From Trichinella spiralis (taxonomy: Eukaryota), in the NCBI RefSeq assembly GCF_000181795.1, contig NW_003526940.1:2065854-2129853 (forward strand): 64,000 bases of DNA, read 5' to 3'. Below are positions 37,460 to 53,253 of the stretch, piece after piece; within the stretch, counting starts at the first letter, position 1; each line of letters starts with the position of its first letter. The translations under genes were made by a program, and so were the position numbers. Below the pieces are notes generated by a model. It was not told the origin of the DNA and did no database searches. It saw nothing but the letters and a program-made list of their open reading frames with translations.

Positions 37460-38392
37460 TCATTCTGGCATTTCGCCTTCTTCTGCTTCTTCAACTCCGC
37501 GAATGTATAACACGTTGTTGCAACTTAAAAAATATTACTTTCAATGATGCACTGACAAAAGCAAAAATTAAAATTACCGAATAAGCACTTCGCCAAGATT
37601 TCCTGCTAAAGTACCATTAGTATACTCTTCTGTGTGCGCTAATTGCACATTCATATAATTATCTGTTGAAATCAGATAACCTTTATATTCTGGACCCCAT
37701 TTTAATTTTACAATGACTGGTTTGCCTGTTAAATTAATCAAAAACGGTTTGGGATTGATTGGATTTACCTATAAACAATAAGAACAATTACTTCAACTTG
37801 TCATACTGTCATGTAATCTAACAACAAAACTTATAATTACAATTCACAAAACTACAGTCTGTTGTTGGTTTTATTTAAAACACAATGTTTTGAAATTATC
37901 AAATAAAATAAATTATCATAAACTCGAATCTATCTAATTAATTTTGTCTTTATACGACAAACTTAAGTCATTACTTCAACTACAAGAAAGTTGTTTTTAA
38001 TTACATAAAAACATACATGCATATGTTATAGAAACAAAAGTAGGACACTACAATACTTTAAAACTTGAAATTGAAAATAAAGTAACGTATATCTGTTTAA
38101 AAAAGCAAAGCGAAACGTTCAACTTCAATGCAAGCTTATGAAGAAAAATGTTAAGAAATAAACATTTTATTGTTTAAAACAAAGAACTGTAATGTGAGGA
38201 CAACAGTATATTAAAATATTTAAATACCACTAATATAAATGAACTTGAAAACATTATTAACTTGGTTAAGAATTAAAATTTAACAAAGCTGAGGATAAAA
38301 ACGAACAAATTGCTTTGATGGCATTTAAAAAAGTTACATATATTATATAAAACAAGCATTTAATAAATGTAAATAATTCAATAAATTACCAT
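37460..38392 (-). CDS. SNRPF: Small nuclear ribonucleoprotein F (SmF); exons 38392-38390 (ATG only, less certain), 37768-37578, 37523-37460
   Basis: [76 protein letters not shown]. Missed by the ORF track. Confidence 0.94.
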
Positions 38393-38606
38393 GATTTTCA
38401 GAAAACAACTGCAAATTCAAGAGTGTTTAAAATTACTTTAAGTACTACAGTAAGAAAAGTTCAATAATTTGATTTGGAAGCTCAAACTATAAAACAATGA
38501 GATTAAAATAATATAACTGATTTTTTATTGGAAAAAATTAAAAGAATTTAAAAATAAAATAAATATGGAAATACTAGAATTTTTATTTAAAGTATAAATT
38601 ATATTT

Positions 38607-38713
38607 AGGGATGGTCTAACTCGGGTTAAATTTTTTCCGCATCTTCTCATTGGCTGTTGATAACGCTATCTCATTGGATTGAATACAAATTTAGCCCGAG
38701 CTGGACAATGCCT
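38607..38713. repeat. 107-bp inverted-repeat (MITE-like) element
   Basis: 27-bp arms at 38607-38633 and 38687-38713 are complementary at 22/27 positions. Confidence 0.65.
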
Positions 38714-39551
38714 CCTACAAAACAATAAACAATGCAGGTTTACGGTAATATCGTCACATATTCAAAAATATAATACAGTAAAATAATTGATTTATACAAT
38801 GTTTTATTACAATACTAATACGAATCATTTTTAATTATAATTATGTATCTGCATTTATTTGTATCATTTCTTCTTCCTAATTGATTCCCAAAATGTTTAT
38901 CACATATGTCAGTTTGACTTTCATTTTTCAAATAGGTATATTAAAATGTACCTATTATTGCGTGTTATAATGCATAAATGATGTATCATAACAATAAATA
39001 AATAAATAAATCTAATTGAAAAGATGTTTGGAATTTATGTAAACACATCATGTAATAAGTTAACTTTTATTGAAGCAATTTCTCCGCTTTTTAGCGAGTT
39101 AATACTCTACTATTTTATCAAAAAATGGCAAAATAGTTACATAATAACAAATAAATTGCTTTCTTACATTTCACAGTATCACTTTCATCATGACAGAAAT
39201 TTCTTTTAATTTGTCTTGCAAATCATTTTTGTAGGTGGATTAGATTATTCCAAGTTTGTGATATTATATTGAATATACTTTTGATGCTTCAGCAATCATT
39301 TTTTAAATAAAAATTATAACATCAGAATTTCAATAAATTAATACACTGGTAATTACCACAATAAATACCAACACTGGTATTAATTTTTGAGTTGAATGAG
39401 TTCTTTTCATTAGAATTGATATCTTTTCGTCAGTTATAATTTGTTAATATTTTACCTTAAGGATTTGTTGTCAACTTGTGCTTTTTCATCTACATTTTAT
39501 TTTAAGGAAAACTCTTTGTTTCATTTCGAATTGTTTGTTGATTGATCAAAT

Positions 39552-39932
39552 ATGTCCGGAAGACCGATTACATGTAATGTGATGGATAGCGATCAGAAGA
39601 AGATAGCTGAATTTTCCGTATTAAATGCTCGCCTTGAAAGAAATGAAGAAAACCTTCGCAGACGGGAGGCTCTCTTGCTTTGTTTAAAAGATGCTGCCGA
39701 CGAGATACTATTACTTGATGAGAACGATTCAATTCCAATGTTGTTTGGTGATTGCTTTATTCATTTAAATCAAGGAAACGCATCCAGTGAATTAGAATTC
39801 AGATATAAAGCATTAAAAGAAGAAACTGATCTGGTGGCTGAAATGATTGGTGAAATGAGGGAAAAAGCCAATGAACTTAAAGTTTATCTTTATTCGAAAT
39901 TTGGTGATGCCATATCTTTAGATCGAGAGTGA
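39552..39932 (+). CDS. PFDN4: Prefoldin subunit 4, intronless
   Basis: DQKKIAEFSVLNARL...LKDAADEILLLDENDSIPMLFGDCF...ELKVYLYSKFGDAISLD. Confidence 0.92.
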   Translation: MSGRPITCNVMDSDQKKIAEFSVLNARLERNEENLRRREALLLCLKDAADEILLLDENDSIPMLFGDCFIHLNQGNASSELEFRYKALKEETDLVAEMIGEMREKANELKVYLYSKFGDAISLDRE

Positions 39933-40159
39933 ATCTGATTTTATTTTTCCACGTGAAAAACGCGTTTTTCAACTTTATTTTCATATTTGACTGTTTTTCA
40001 CTTACTCTCATTGGTGCAAAGTAGTAAAACTTTTAATCAATAAAGTCAATAATTATAAATTAATCATTTAATCAATAAATAAGTAAATGTTCTGATTCTT
40101 TGTTCATCACAAATGGATAACATTGTCAAGTGGTGTAAATAACATATTTTTGTCAGCTT

Positions 40160-42416
<2,257 letters not shown>

Positions 42417-43364
42417 AATAACATGAAATCAGTCAGTGGTGAGCTATATAAACAACAAAATAAGCGCATAAACGATAAAATCACAAAATGGTCAAGTTTA
42501 ATGTACAGTAAAAATTACAACAGTTTTTTTACTAAAATGTTTAAGCATAAATGATTTTCACGTTTCAGATTTTATGAACTTGTGAAAAACAAATAAAATA
42601 TCAAACAGAAATGAAAAAATAATAATATCAAAATTCTGAACACTTCTTCATTATATATTTTAAAAATACGAATGACTTATAATGAATTTTAATGGAATTT
42701 CATTTCAATGTTTGAAAATGTTTTGTAAAAATTGCATTACGGTAACAATAATACTTGATGTTTTTTATTGTAATAGGTGAAGTGTAAAGTGCGTTTGTTT
42801 TTTCGGTTGAAATATTTAAGTAAGTAAATTTGCATTTTTTGAGATATAATTAGTTAAGTTTTGCCCAGTTATTAAAACTTTTTGTTTTATGCACTGTTTT
42901 AGAATCATCGTTTTGGAATTTTTAGTACTGTTGTTTTTTTCATCGTAGCTGTTTGTTTAATATTTTTAAAACTGTACAAAATTGAAAAGCATTTTGTTTC
43001 TTAACTGAATTTTATTAATAACGTTTAATGCGAAATTTTGAAACGATAAAAATTTTAATGCTTTCATTATAGCAGCATAGTTTGCATTCAATGCATGCAT
43101 ATTTTACTTATGTTTGTATGTACTTCTGACAAGATATAATTTTTTTATCGTGAGTGACTTTTATGTTTTATTTCATTTTATGTTTATAAAAGCATTTAAT
43201 GAACTTGTTGTTAGTTATTCTCATACATCTTTTTGTATTATGGAAAAATGCATGTTTTTACTTTACAATTGTGCGAGTACTATTTTGTTTTGCTTTTTCA
43301 AAATTTTTCTTTGAAATATGGAAGCGTTAATACATTTTCTTTAACTTAATATATTTTCATTAGG

Positions 43365-44337
43365 ATGGGTCGCAGAAAAATTCCAGAATTGTCGGTAGGA
43401 CGAATGTTATGCAATGAATTTCGAATTACCGAAGATGAATTAAACAAATATGCCAAAAAATTAGACGATAGCAATTTTCCAGTAAATTTTGATTTTTTTA
43501 CAAGTAAATGTGTTACTGTTATGTTTTTATTTGTCAATTAACATTTTTAAAAGTTGCATTTCAGTCTCTTAAAAATAAACCGCTTCCAATAACGCTCAGT
43601 TCTTCAAATGCGTATATGGCATTTCGCATAGAACAGATTCGACAAACTATTCGCTCGAATGCGGAAGCGGAAATTTATTATAATTCAACGCTAACGTCGA
43701 CAAATGATGATGGACAGAATGAAAATGGATTTGGTCTTGGCCGGACGTTGCCGGCATGTATGTTTTTCGTGCATGTGTGTAAATAGAAAAAGAAATGAGA
43801 AAGTTTTTCAGATGATGAGTTGTTTCCGAATGAATTGACTTCTGAAGAAAACAAAGCTCCTTTGAAATATCGCGCGAAAAATGAGCCATATTATATTGAA
43901 TCAGCAGTATGTTAATATTTTTACTTTGTGCAAGTATTAAAATCAGTCAATTTAGATGTTCAGATTTGCATGTTACATTCAATAAGTTGAATGATAATAT
44001 ATGTGGAAATTCGATTTTGAATAGATGATAATTTGTTTTGAAATTTTTCAAAAGAAGTTTAATTAAGGATTTGAAAGTGGATGAAATTGAAGAAAAGAAA
44101 TTTGTCGTTGATGCAGAAGACAAAAAAGATCCAGAAAATCCGACTGTTGAAGATGGTTCCGATTCTGAGGATATGGCCGACGAGGAAGAACCGGAGGTAA
44201 TTGTGGATAACGTTATTTTTAAATTATATTCCAAATACTTTTCTGTATAGGATCATGATTACGTTAATTCGTATTTTGATAATGGCGAAGATTATTTGGA
44301 TGAATCTGAGGAAGATGAGGATCAAATTTTTATGTGA
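43365..44337 (+). CDS. POLR3G: RNA polymerase III subunit RPC7/C31 (POLR3G-like), ~5 exons
   Basis: FP|SLKNKPLP, LFPNEL, acidic tail ending DHDYVNSYFDNGEDY (C31 hallmark). Confidence 0.8.
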
Positions 44338-44644
44338 TGCTCTCTCTTATCAGGTGTTGAAAAATGTTCTTCGTTGTTGTTAATAAAGTGAAGAATAAAA
44401 AAATTTGAATTTGCTCAACAAAATTGATGTCATATTGCCAAGTCAAAATTATTATTTTTTAAATGAAAGTTCCAAAGATGACGTGTTCAAATAAAACGTC
44501 GCATTTACTAGGAAAATTGATTATTCCACGGATGAACTTCAAATGCGCATCAAATAAAAACAATATTGAGCGTATAAATAGATTAATCAATTAATTAATT
44601 TAAATCATGATGAACAGATAAAGAAAAAAAATTAAAGGCACTGG

Positions 44645-46653
44645 TTATTTTTTGTTTGCATTTTCAATTGTCCTTAAAGCTTCATCGAGCTTTTTCTTCA
44701 GAGTTGCATTTTCTTTCCGAAGAGTTTCAATTTCTTCTGATTTTCGTTTCAACTGCTTCAACGTACTAATTGCCATTTTTCCTGAAATGAAATACATATT
44801 AAGAAAAAAAACGAATATAAAATCAATCAATTCAAAATTCATAAAAATGGAGAAAAACAAATAAATCTAAATGCTGACCAATCAGAACGATTGACCAATG
44901 AATGAATGAATAATTCATGAATGAAGACGACAACGCTCGTCTGTGATACTTACTCCACTGACCCTGCAAAATGCATCCTGAATCGAGTAGAATGTACACT
45001 GGATCCGGGATTCTTGGATCAAAAATTGACAGTTGTACATTTTTCAAACACAGTTTCACTCGCATTTGACTCAGCTGATCAGTGGAACTGTAATCTTGTA
45101 CAAACGCGGACAAATTGGCCAAATTGTCACTGCTCAGATGCATTTGCACATTCGACACGTTCGCTTCGACAAGGCAGAGATTCAAATTTATTTGTTCGTT
45201 TTTGATTGTCACGTTCAATGAATATTCTGATGTTGAATTTTCAACTGTGGTCATCAGTGTCGGTTCGTCGTTTTCTGATTGAAACAATAATAATGATAAT
45301 AAATTAATAGAAATTAAATAAGAAAATGGTTGACATAAAGAAAAAACAACAACAGTTACAGTACCTTTTTGAGAGAAGAGTTTGTAAAAATCACGATATG
45401 GAATTTTTTCAATATCCTTCACCGCAATTACGGGACTGCACATGTCGATTCGATAAAGAAGACCAATCAACGACATACGCAGCCGAAGTCTGTGAAATGT
45501 GAATTTCACAGCGCACATCTGGTGAAAATAATGACAAATGTGGTGAAGTTTGGTAAAATAAACATGAAAAACAACAGACAACAGATACTGACCATCTGGT
45601 TGGACATTTTTTGAATTAAATCTGAATTCTGTGCAGAATCGACCACCTCCTCAGCCAGAGATACAGTAGCCGAGTTGAATATTGAAAAGATTTCATCAAA
45701 CAGTGAATGTTCCTTGTGATCCACAACAATGAACGTCTCTTCATCGTCGTCATCATTGGAGAAGTTGGTCACAATTGAACCGCTTTCCTCGTACGAATAT
45801 GCTAATTAAAATATTGAACAATATACAGTTTGAAATGAACAAAAAAACCAAATCATATTCTGTTTAGCCGTTTGGCTTGTTTTTTTAAAAGCTATTTCAA
45901 ACTCGAAGAGGGAGACGTATTTTTCACAATTATTTATCACTAAGAAAGTGTGAAAGCGCTGTATATCTGTTCTGATTATTCATATTTGCTCTACAACTTC
46001 GGAAAATCCACAGGACAAGAATTCTACTCGAAGAATTTTCAAGAGAGTAAAACTATGCGAGTTATAAACAAAAGTTACCCGCTCAAGTGTAATGCAAAGA
46101 AGCTGAAACTGTGCCAGCAGACATTCTTGCAATAAATGTGATCATCAAGTGATAAATTAACTTCTTCTTTATCCAAAATTTAATTCAAATAAAAAAGTGA
46201 ATAATATTTTACAAAAATTAGAAAGCTTGCATATATATACTGTACCGGGGTCGGATTCAAATTTGCACGCTTGATCAACGCTGTGTTCGTCGGTTGGCGA
46301 TGAGTCGGCATCGTTTTGGCAAATTTCACGAAAAGTGGTCGATCGACTCGAACTTTCCGTCTCATCCCAAAAACTTTTGACACCAACAGTGTCGACGGTT
46401 TCGGCAAGTTTCAGTTTCGAAAATTGTCGATCTAAACAAAAAACGACACAATTCAAATTATTAATTTTGTTTTTCATATTTTTTTGTAAATCAAAATGTG
46501 CTTTTTCACTCTCAAAAAATTATACTAATTGGTGGGAGAAGATTTTAAAACAATTAATCTGCTTGTTTGGTTAGCTTTTCCTCTCCTTTTGTTTGCATGA
46601 AAAGCACTTACAACATTGATCATTCGCTTCGGTAGGTGAACGACAACACAGTT
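44645..46653 (-). CDS. 3' portion of BLTP3/UHRF1BP1(L)-like bridge-like lipid transfer protein; 5' exons not located in the window
   Basis: Exons ~46653-46612, 46431-46245, ~45802-45594, ~45518-45365, ~45274-44955, ~44781-44645. ETFIVV..., VSLAEEVVD, NVQMHLSSDNLANLSAFVQD...MRVKLCLKNVQLSIFD and a terminal coiled coil resemble the UHRF1BP1L C-terminus as I remember it. Confidence 0.6.
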
Positions 46654-47729
46654 CTGAAAAATAATTTTATTGTTACAACATTTAAGTCGTTTAATATTTT
46701 TTATAAGACATTGCTTCTCGCTTTTTCCCTATGAAAATATTCAATATTGAAAAATAAATATTCAACAAAAAATCTACTCCAATATTGTCGCCTTTTTGGA
46801 ACAAAATTAACAATCACAACATAAACCGTATAAAAATAAGTAAAAAAATAAACTTTAGTTAAAAAATAAATATTATTTCTGTTTGCTTATTTCGGTGTTT
46901 CATAAATTTCAACGATTTTAACTATTAATCGACAATGAACGTAGTTTACAAACTGCAAATTATTAAATAAACACTGATTCCTGATAGAAAAAACAAATTA
47001 ATACTTGAGCATCATTTGTCCATTTCTACGTATTAATTAAATAGCAGCAGGTGAGCAAATTAATTAATTGAACAAGAGTATAAGGGACTTTTTGCAATTG
47101 GAAATGAAAACTAAAACTGAAAAATAGCAAGCAAAAAGGCAAAAAAATTACAGCTAAAGAAAATGAAGGGAAAGATTCGTTGTTGTTATTATTATTTGCA
47201 CACGGACGCAGTGGCGTGAGAACGGAACGGTACAAGCAAACAAGCACTCGAGAGGGGCACAGTTGAGTTCGCGGTAAAGTTGGCCAATCGACGTCGACAT
47301 TGTCGAGTGGTTCCCAATCGCGCGCCACACCTACGTGGATTTATTTCCCCCCGATGTGTTCAGCTTATTTCCCAAGCAAGCCTTGCCCACGACTGGCCGG
47401 CAAAAACCCATTCTACCAGACCAACTGACGACGATTCATCGAACAAACAAGCCCATTATTGACTGGAGAAAACAGTCGACGACGAGCTAAAGCAAACATT
47501 CATCGCCACAGCACACGACTGAACAGCTATAATAACGTTGTTGTGAAAATCGTCTGATTGTCGTTCCGATACTTTCTCCGATAGTCTGAATATACATATA
47601 CGATTGTATTTTACGTTGTTGCGTCATCGTTTTTCATGCTCGCTTCTGGTGTTGCTGCTGCTATTCTTGATTGTTGTTAATTTTTCTTTTTAAATGTAGA
47701 TGAAATTAATTTATACTTCTGCATAGCTG

Positions 47730-50244
47730 ATGCGCTTATTCAGCGCCGCTGTCGGTTTGTTAATCTCTGTCGTCAGTGCCTTGTTGGCCAATCATGGGAT
47801 TCGGGCGCTGTGTCCGGCCAATATCCGGCCGCCGTGCGTTTGTCGCACAACACGCTACGAACCAGTGAACATCATCTGCGACCGGGTTCCAAATTTGTAC
47901 ACAGTATGCCAAGCGTTGGGTCCACTGAACGGCCTACTGATCGACAGTCTGATCATCAGCAACACTCCGATCAACATATTGCCGGCCGGAGCTTTGGTCG
48001 GATATCGCGTCAAACGTTTGGAATTGGTCAACAACAATTTAACCGACATCGATCCGGATGCGTTCAACGGCTTGCCAATCACAACGCTCAATGAACTGTC
48101 GGTAAGGAACAATCTGCTCAGTTCGATACCCCAAGCCGGGGTTCCCAAATTGCAACGGCTCATCAGCATCAGTCTGGCAAACAACAACATCCGCTTCTTG
48201 CCAGCCGCCGCTTTCGCTACATTCCACAGTCGTGGATGGTTGAAGAAGATCGACCTCTCGGCCAACGGTCTTCAACGACTCGACGACAACGCCTTTCTGG
48301 GTTTGAACATGGTAGCGGAGTTGAATTTGGACAAAAACGACTTGCGCGTTCTACCAGCCGGCGCTTTGCAAAAGCTGCACGCATTGGAAGATCTGTCGCT
48401 GGCCGCCAACCAAATCAGCACCATTCCACCGCACGCGTTGGGTTTTGCCAAGCTGAAATCGCTCAGTTTGGAAGTGAACCGGCTTCAGTCGATTGAAGCG
48501 GCCGCTTTCGCCGGCACGCCCAATCTGATGTACTTGTATTTGAGTTCGAATCGGTTCCAAACCATCCCAGCCGACATGTTCCGATCCGTGAGCGGATTGA
48601 AGGTGCTCGCCATTGCCAACAATCCCATCCAAAATTTGCCGGTCGACGCTTTCTACTTTGTGCAAAATTTGGTGCGACTCGAAATGGCCAACTGTGAGCT
48701 GGTTCACATCCAGCCGGGCACTTTGCAAACAATACCCAAAGTCCAAGTGATCGCGCTGAGCAGAAACAAGCTGAACAGGTAAGTGAAAATCCCAATCTCT
48801 ACATCATACTGCCCCCCCCCCCCATAATCACAACACACACATACGGCATGATCAAAACTGTATGTTGTATTTTAAGTATCCCGCAGAACGCTTTCCGAGG
48901 TCTATCTGAGCTGTATTCGCTTGATTTGAAAGGCAATCAAATTTCTACTGTACAAGACAGGGCATTTGAAGAACTGCCTTCGCTCAGGCATCTCGATTTG
49001 AGCAAAAATCAAATACAAATATTGCACGAGAAAACTTTTCATCGAACTTTCCTCCAAAAGCAGACAACCGCCAACGGTCGGGTCATTTATTTATACGGTA
49101 AGGAATTTTAATTCAATTTCAACGTAAAATTCAATCCACAAACGCTTGCTTTTACTTTTCCATTCAATAATAATAATAATAGTGAACATCTGTAAAACGT
49201 AAATTCACCTACGTAATGAAAATTAAACCACTGCAGACAATGTATCTTTGGTTCAAATTACAACAAGTGAATGAATGAAAACTGCGGACAGGCACTGATT
49301 GCATTTCATTCATACTAACTAGAGTGTAGAAGCCTTGTTGAGACAATATGCATATTTTTTTTATACTTCATTGTTTATTATACCAAACAAAATCTTTGAA
49401 GTGACATGTTAACAACAATTACAATTACAACTGTGCAAATGTTTATCCGTGAACAAGCAAGCACTTGAAACTGTCAAACAACGCTCGCGGCAGTTCTGAG
49501 TGTTGGAATTGCGACAGCTGCGTTATTATTCATTCAATTAATGACAAACAATGAATTCAAGTCAAAATAAAAAAAATAAATCAAAAATTAAATTCCAACT
49601 CACATGATCAATTCTCAGTATGGATTTGTTTGCATTTAATATTAAAAAAATTTACATTAGAAAACCCATGGAATTGCAATTCATCGTTGAATTGGTTGCA
49701 ACGTTGGCTGAATGAAAATCCGGACATTGTAATCGATGCGCCCGGCAATCCGCCAACAGTATGCAAGAAGCCGACAACCATGGCCGGATGGCCAATTCGA
49801 ATGCTCAATTCTGAATCGACACCAGCAAAGCCTTTGCCTATAGAAGTGGACAAGCAAAATCCGGCTAAAGAATCTGAACAACGCAAAGCTCGCATGCACC
49901 TAGCGGCAATGATTCTGGGTAAGAAGGAAAGAAAAATAAATCTAATAATCATTGTTGTTTTTGTTATTATTTTATTGAGAAAATATTCATTTCCAGGAGT
50001 CATATTGAGCATATTCATGGTTGCACTTGTACTTTTGATGCTGGTGAGATATTTTGTCAGCAAGAGACGTCGAAAAGACAAAGAACTGTTGGACGATCAG
50101 CGCAGGCTTGGCTCAACAGTAAGTGCAGGAATCCGAAGCAATCCCGGATCTGCTTACCCATCGCCCGGTGTACCCATGTCGACAGTGCACAGTCAAACTA
50201 CTCAACCCTATTACCTCAGTCGACCGTGGTATTGGTGGTTCTGA
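47730..50244 (+). CDS. Extracellular LRR-only single-pass membrane protein 1 (lron-like); exons 47730-48778, 48877-49097, 49661-49918, 49997-50244
   Basis: Signal peptide, LRRNT (CPANIRPPCVC), many LxxLxLxxNxI repeats, LRRCT (NPWNCNSSLNWL), TM + RRRK stop-transfer, tail ending WYWWF. Confidence 0.9.
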
Positions 50245-53200
50245 CTTTACCATAAAAAGAATACTGTTTCATACATACATACATACATATTTCATATGTA
50301 TTTTTTTTAATTTTTATTTATATGGTGGAGAATTTTTTTCACAGCTCATTGCCAAAACGAACTATTATTTCTCAATGCAAATTTCACTTCATCATTTCCC
50401 GTAAAATCCACAACACTTGAATTTCATTGTTATTTCACATTGATCAAATGCTCAGTGTTTTTCTTTTTCCATTAACAAAATATATTTTTAAAAAAGAAAT
50501 GAAATAAAATCGAACACATTAAACGGTTTTTACACAGTGAAATAATTAAACGATGATATAACTACATAATACTTTCTCATTTTTTGAAACATACTTATGC
50601 AAAAATTTACGTTTAAATTATGATATGCATTAGTTTTTATAAGATGCAGCATTTCACTGGACAAATATGAATTTTTATATAAATAATAAAACTTCAAATT
50701 AAATGAAAGATATTCAACATCAGAAAGATGCTTATTGCAAGTTTGACTTGACTAAAGTTTAAAGTTTAAATGAACGTGCAAAAGAAAGCAAGAGTCCGCT
50801 TTTATTGACTTGCAAACATTTAGGGCAACATGTATTGACTCAAAACAGAATGAACCATGTAAGCGCTAACGTTGGATAAAGTATTTACCCAATGGCTCAA
50901 TGGGTCAGTTGAACATTTAAGTAAAAATGTAAATTTCAAAGCCATTACCCGTGATAAAGTGGGAAAATGTACCAAAACAACAACAACAACAACAACAACA
51001 ACAATAAAGATTACAGCGCGACTAGTTTAGCATAATAAATTGTAAATTTAAGAACCACAACACTGATAAAATCGACAATTTCAAGTGAAAAATATTTTTC
51101 AATTAATTATAATATATACGTGACGTGTTGAATCAGCAGTACAAGTTTTGCTTTTAATTAAATAATAATGCAAAAATGAAAAGCTCATTTACAGCTAATT
51201 ATTAAATAAATAAATGGAAAAAATGACGTCTTAATTTTGCATAAAAATTTAAAATAGTTGCCAAGTCAGGAATTACAGTTCAGAAAAGCGAAAAGTTGTC
51301 TCAAATTGCGAATGACGACGACCTTGCTTGCCTGTGTGACGTGTTAACTTAATCAATCAGCAATATAATAATGCTTTCTTTTGATAAATGATTAAAATTC
51401 TTTGGCAAAAATTTAAAATTTAAAAATAAATTAGCAAGAAATTTATTTATTTATCTTTTATAAAACACGCATCATGCACTGTTGGAAATAATAAAAGCAA
51501 AACACTTAACACTGAAAGGCTCTAACAGTTAGCAGATAAAAATCCAAAAAAAATGTACAACTTTTCAATCAATACAATTTAAATTAATAAATAAAAACAA
51601 TTCCTTAAAATAAATGAAATAACAATAAACAAAAATCATTTCGTTGGTTTGAAGAATGCTGGAAATATGATTTCAAAAAGTGAATAATTTATTATTCATT
51701 GAATCAAACCTGCACATCAGAATAAATTTATGCAACAAAAATTGAACAGAAAAACAACATTTACAGTTCACTTTTTTTATCATTTCCGTTTTATTGTATT
51801 AATTAATATATTTTGAAAATATCACAAACTGATACACAGAGAATTGTCATTCCAAAGCTTCCTTCATTCATTCATTGTCGTTGTCAACTGATGAGCTAGC
51901 ACTGCTAGTCATTTAAAATTTGATCATTCAATCATCACGAAGGTCACATTCTATTGCAAAATAATGAAATATTCATCGGTGCATATCAGCCAAATAAAAA
52001 AAATAAAATAATATAAAATAAATAAAAAACATTTGACCAACACTTTCTTGGTGAAGTTAATGAACGAATGAAATAAAAATCAAAGGAAAAAAAATTAACA
52101 TTTCCAACATGCGACACAGATGCTAAAGTGACAGTCGCTGCATGACACAATGATTGTCGCGCCAGGCGCTACCGCCTTTGCTTTCGCCAAGTGTAGCGGT
52201 TTTGTATCAATGCACAAAACCATTCTCTACCCAAATCATCCCATCAATCATCAAGGTCATCAGTTCTTTTACTGTATCTTTATTATGAATTATCATCCTA
52301 TTGAAGCATAATAAATAAGAAAGAAATGAAAAATTAACAATATTTTACTGTATACATATATGGATTTTGAATTGCTTACTTAATAAAATGTTAATTATAT
52401 GAAAATAAATATTGCAATAATTGCTATTTAAATTGACTAATTAATTAATTATCATTAATTCATCTACATTTCAGCATACGACAAAACAAAATAAATAAAT
52501 AAATATACATATAACCATTGCATGTTGATATCTTATTTGTATGATATGTTAATTTGTGATTGTTGATACGGTTAATTGATTGTGATGCACTGTTAAGTAG
52601 ATGAACGGCTGACCAATTGAAAATCATTTCATTTCATTATTGTTCACTTAAAAAGCTTGATGCAATAATTTGAATGGTAGTGCCGGTCGTTTTGACAAAC
52701 GTGGGTGGAAACTATGCTTGAGCCGGTAACCTACAAAGTGATGTAAAAATTTGGGACATGCAAGTTCCGACCGGACAAGGTCTTTGACACGGCACGAACC
52801 TCGGTATGACGATGTGAACGCATAGCAAGTCTATACGCATCCACTACACTGCTTACAAAGCAATTTTACAAGCGGTTGGCGAAAAAGCCAGCCACTTGAA
52901 TTCCACTTTTTTGTTTCACTAATTGAAGAATATAACAATCAGAAGAAGAAGAAGAAGAAAACTGTCCACACACACACACACATATTTTTTTCATTTACAT
53001 CGTCTGCTTGCAGGGACAGACTGCTTAGCTGAGTCCGGTGCCTTGCGACGACCCTTGTAAATCAATTTAATTATACAAATTGCACAATTCTCCTCGTCTT
53101 GTAAAAATAGTATGAATGACTTTATGCAAATTTACAGAAACTGTGCCTGAAGAGACTGATGCCAGAAAGGTCGTCCCATCATCGAGCTAGCAAACGATAC

Positions 53201-53253
53201 ATCCCACTAACCAGTAGTGGATCGTCTGCTAGACACTGGTCATCCGTGTTTTT

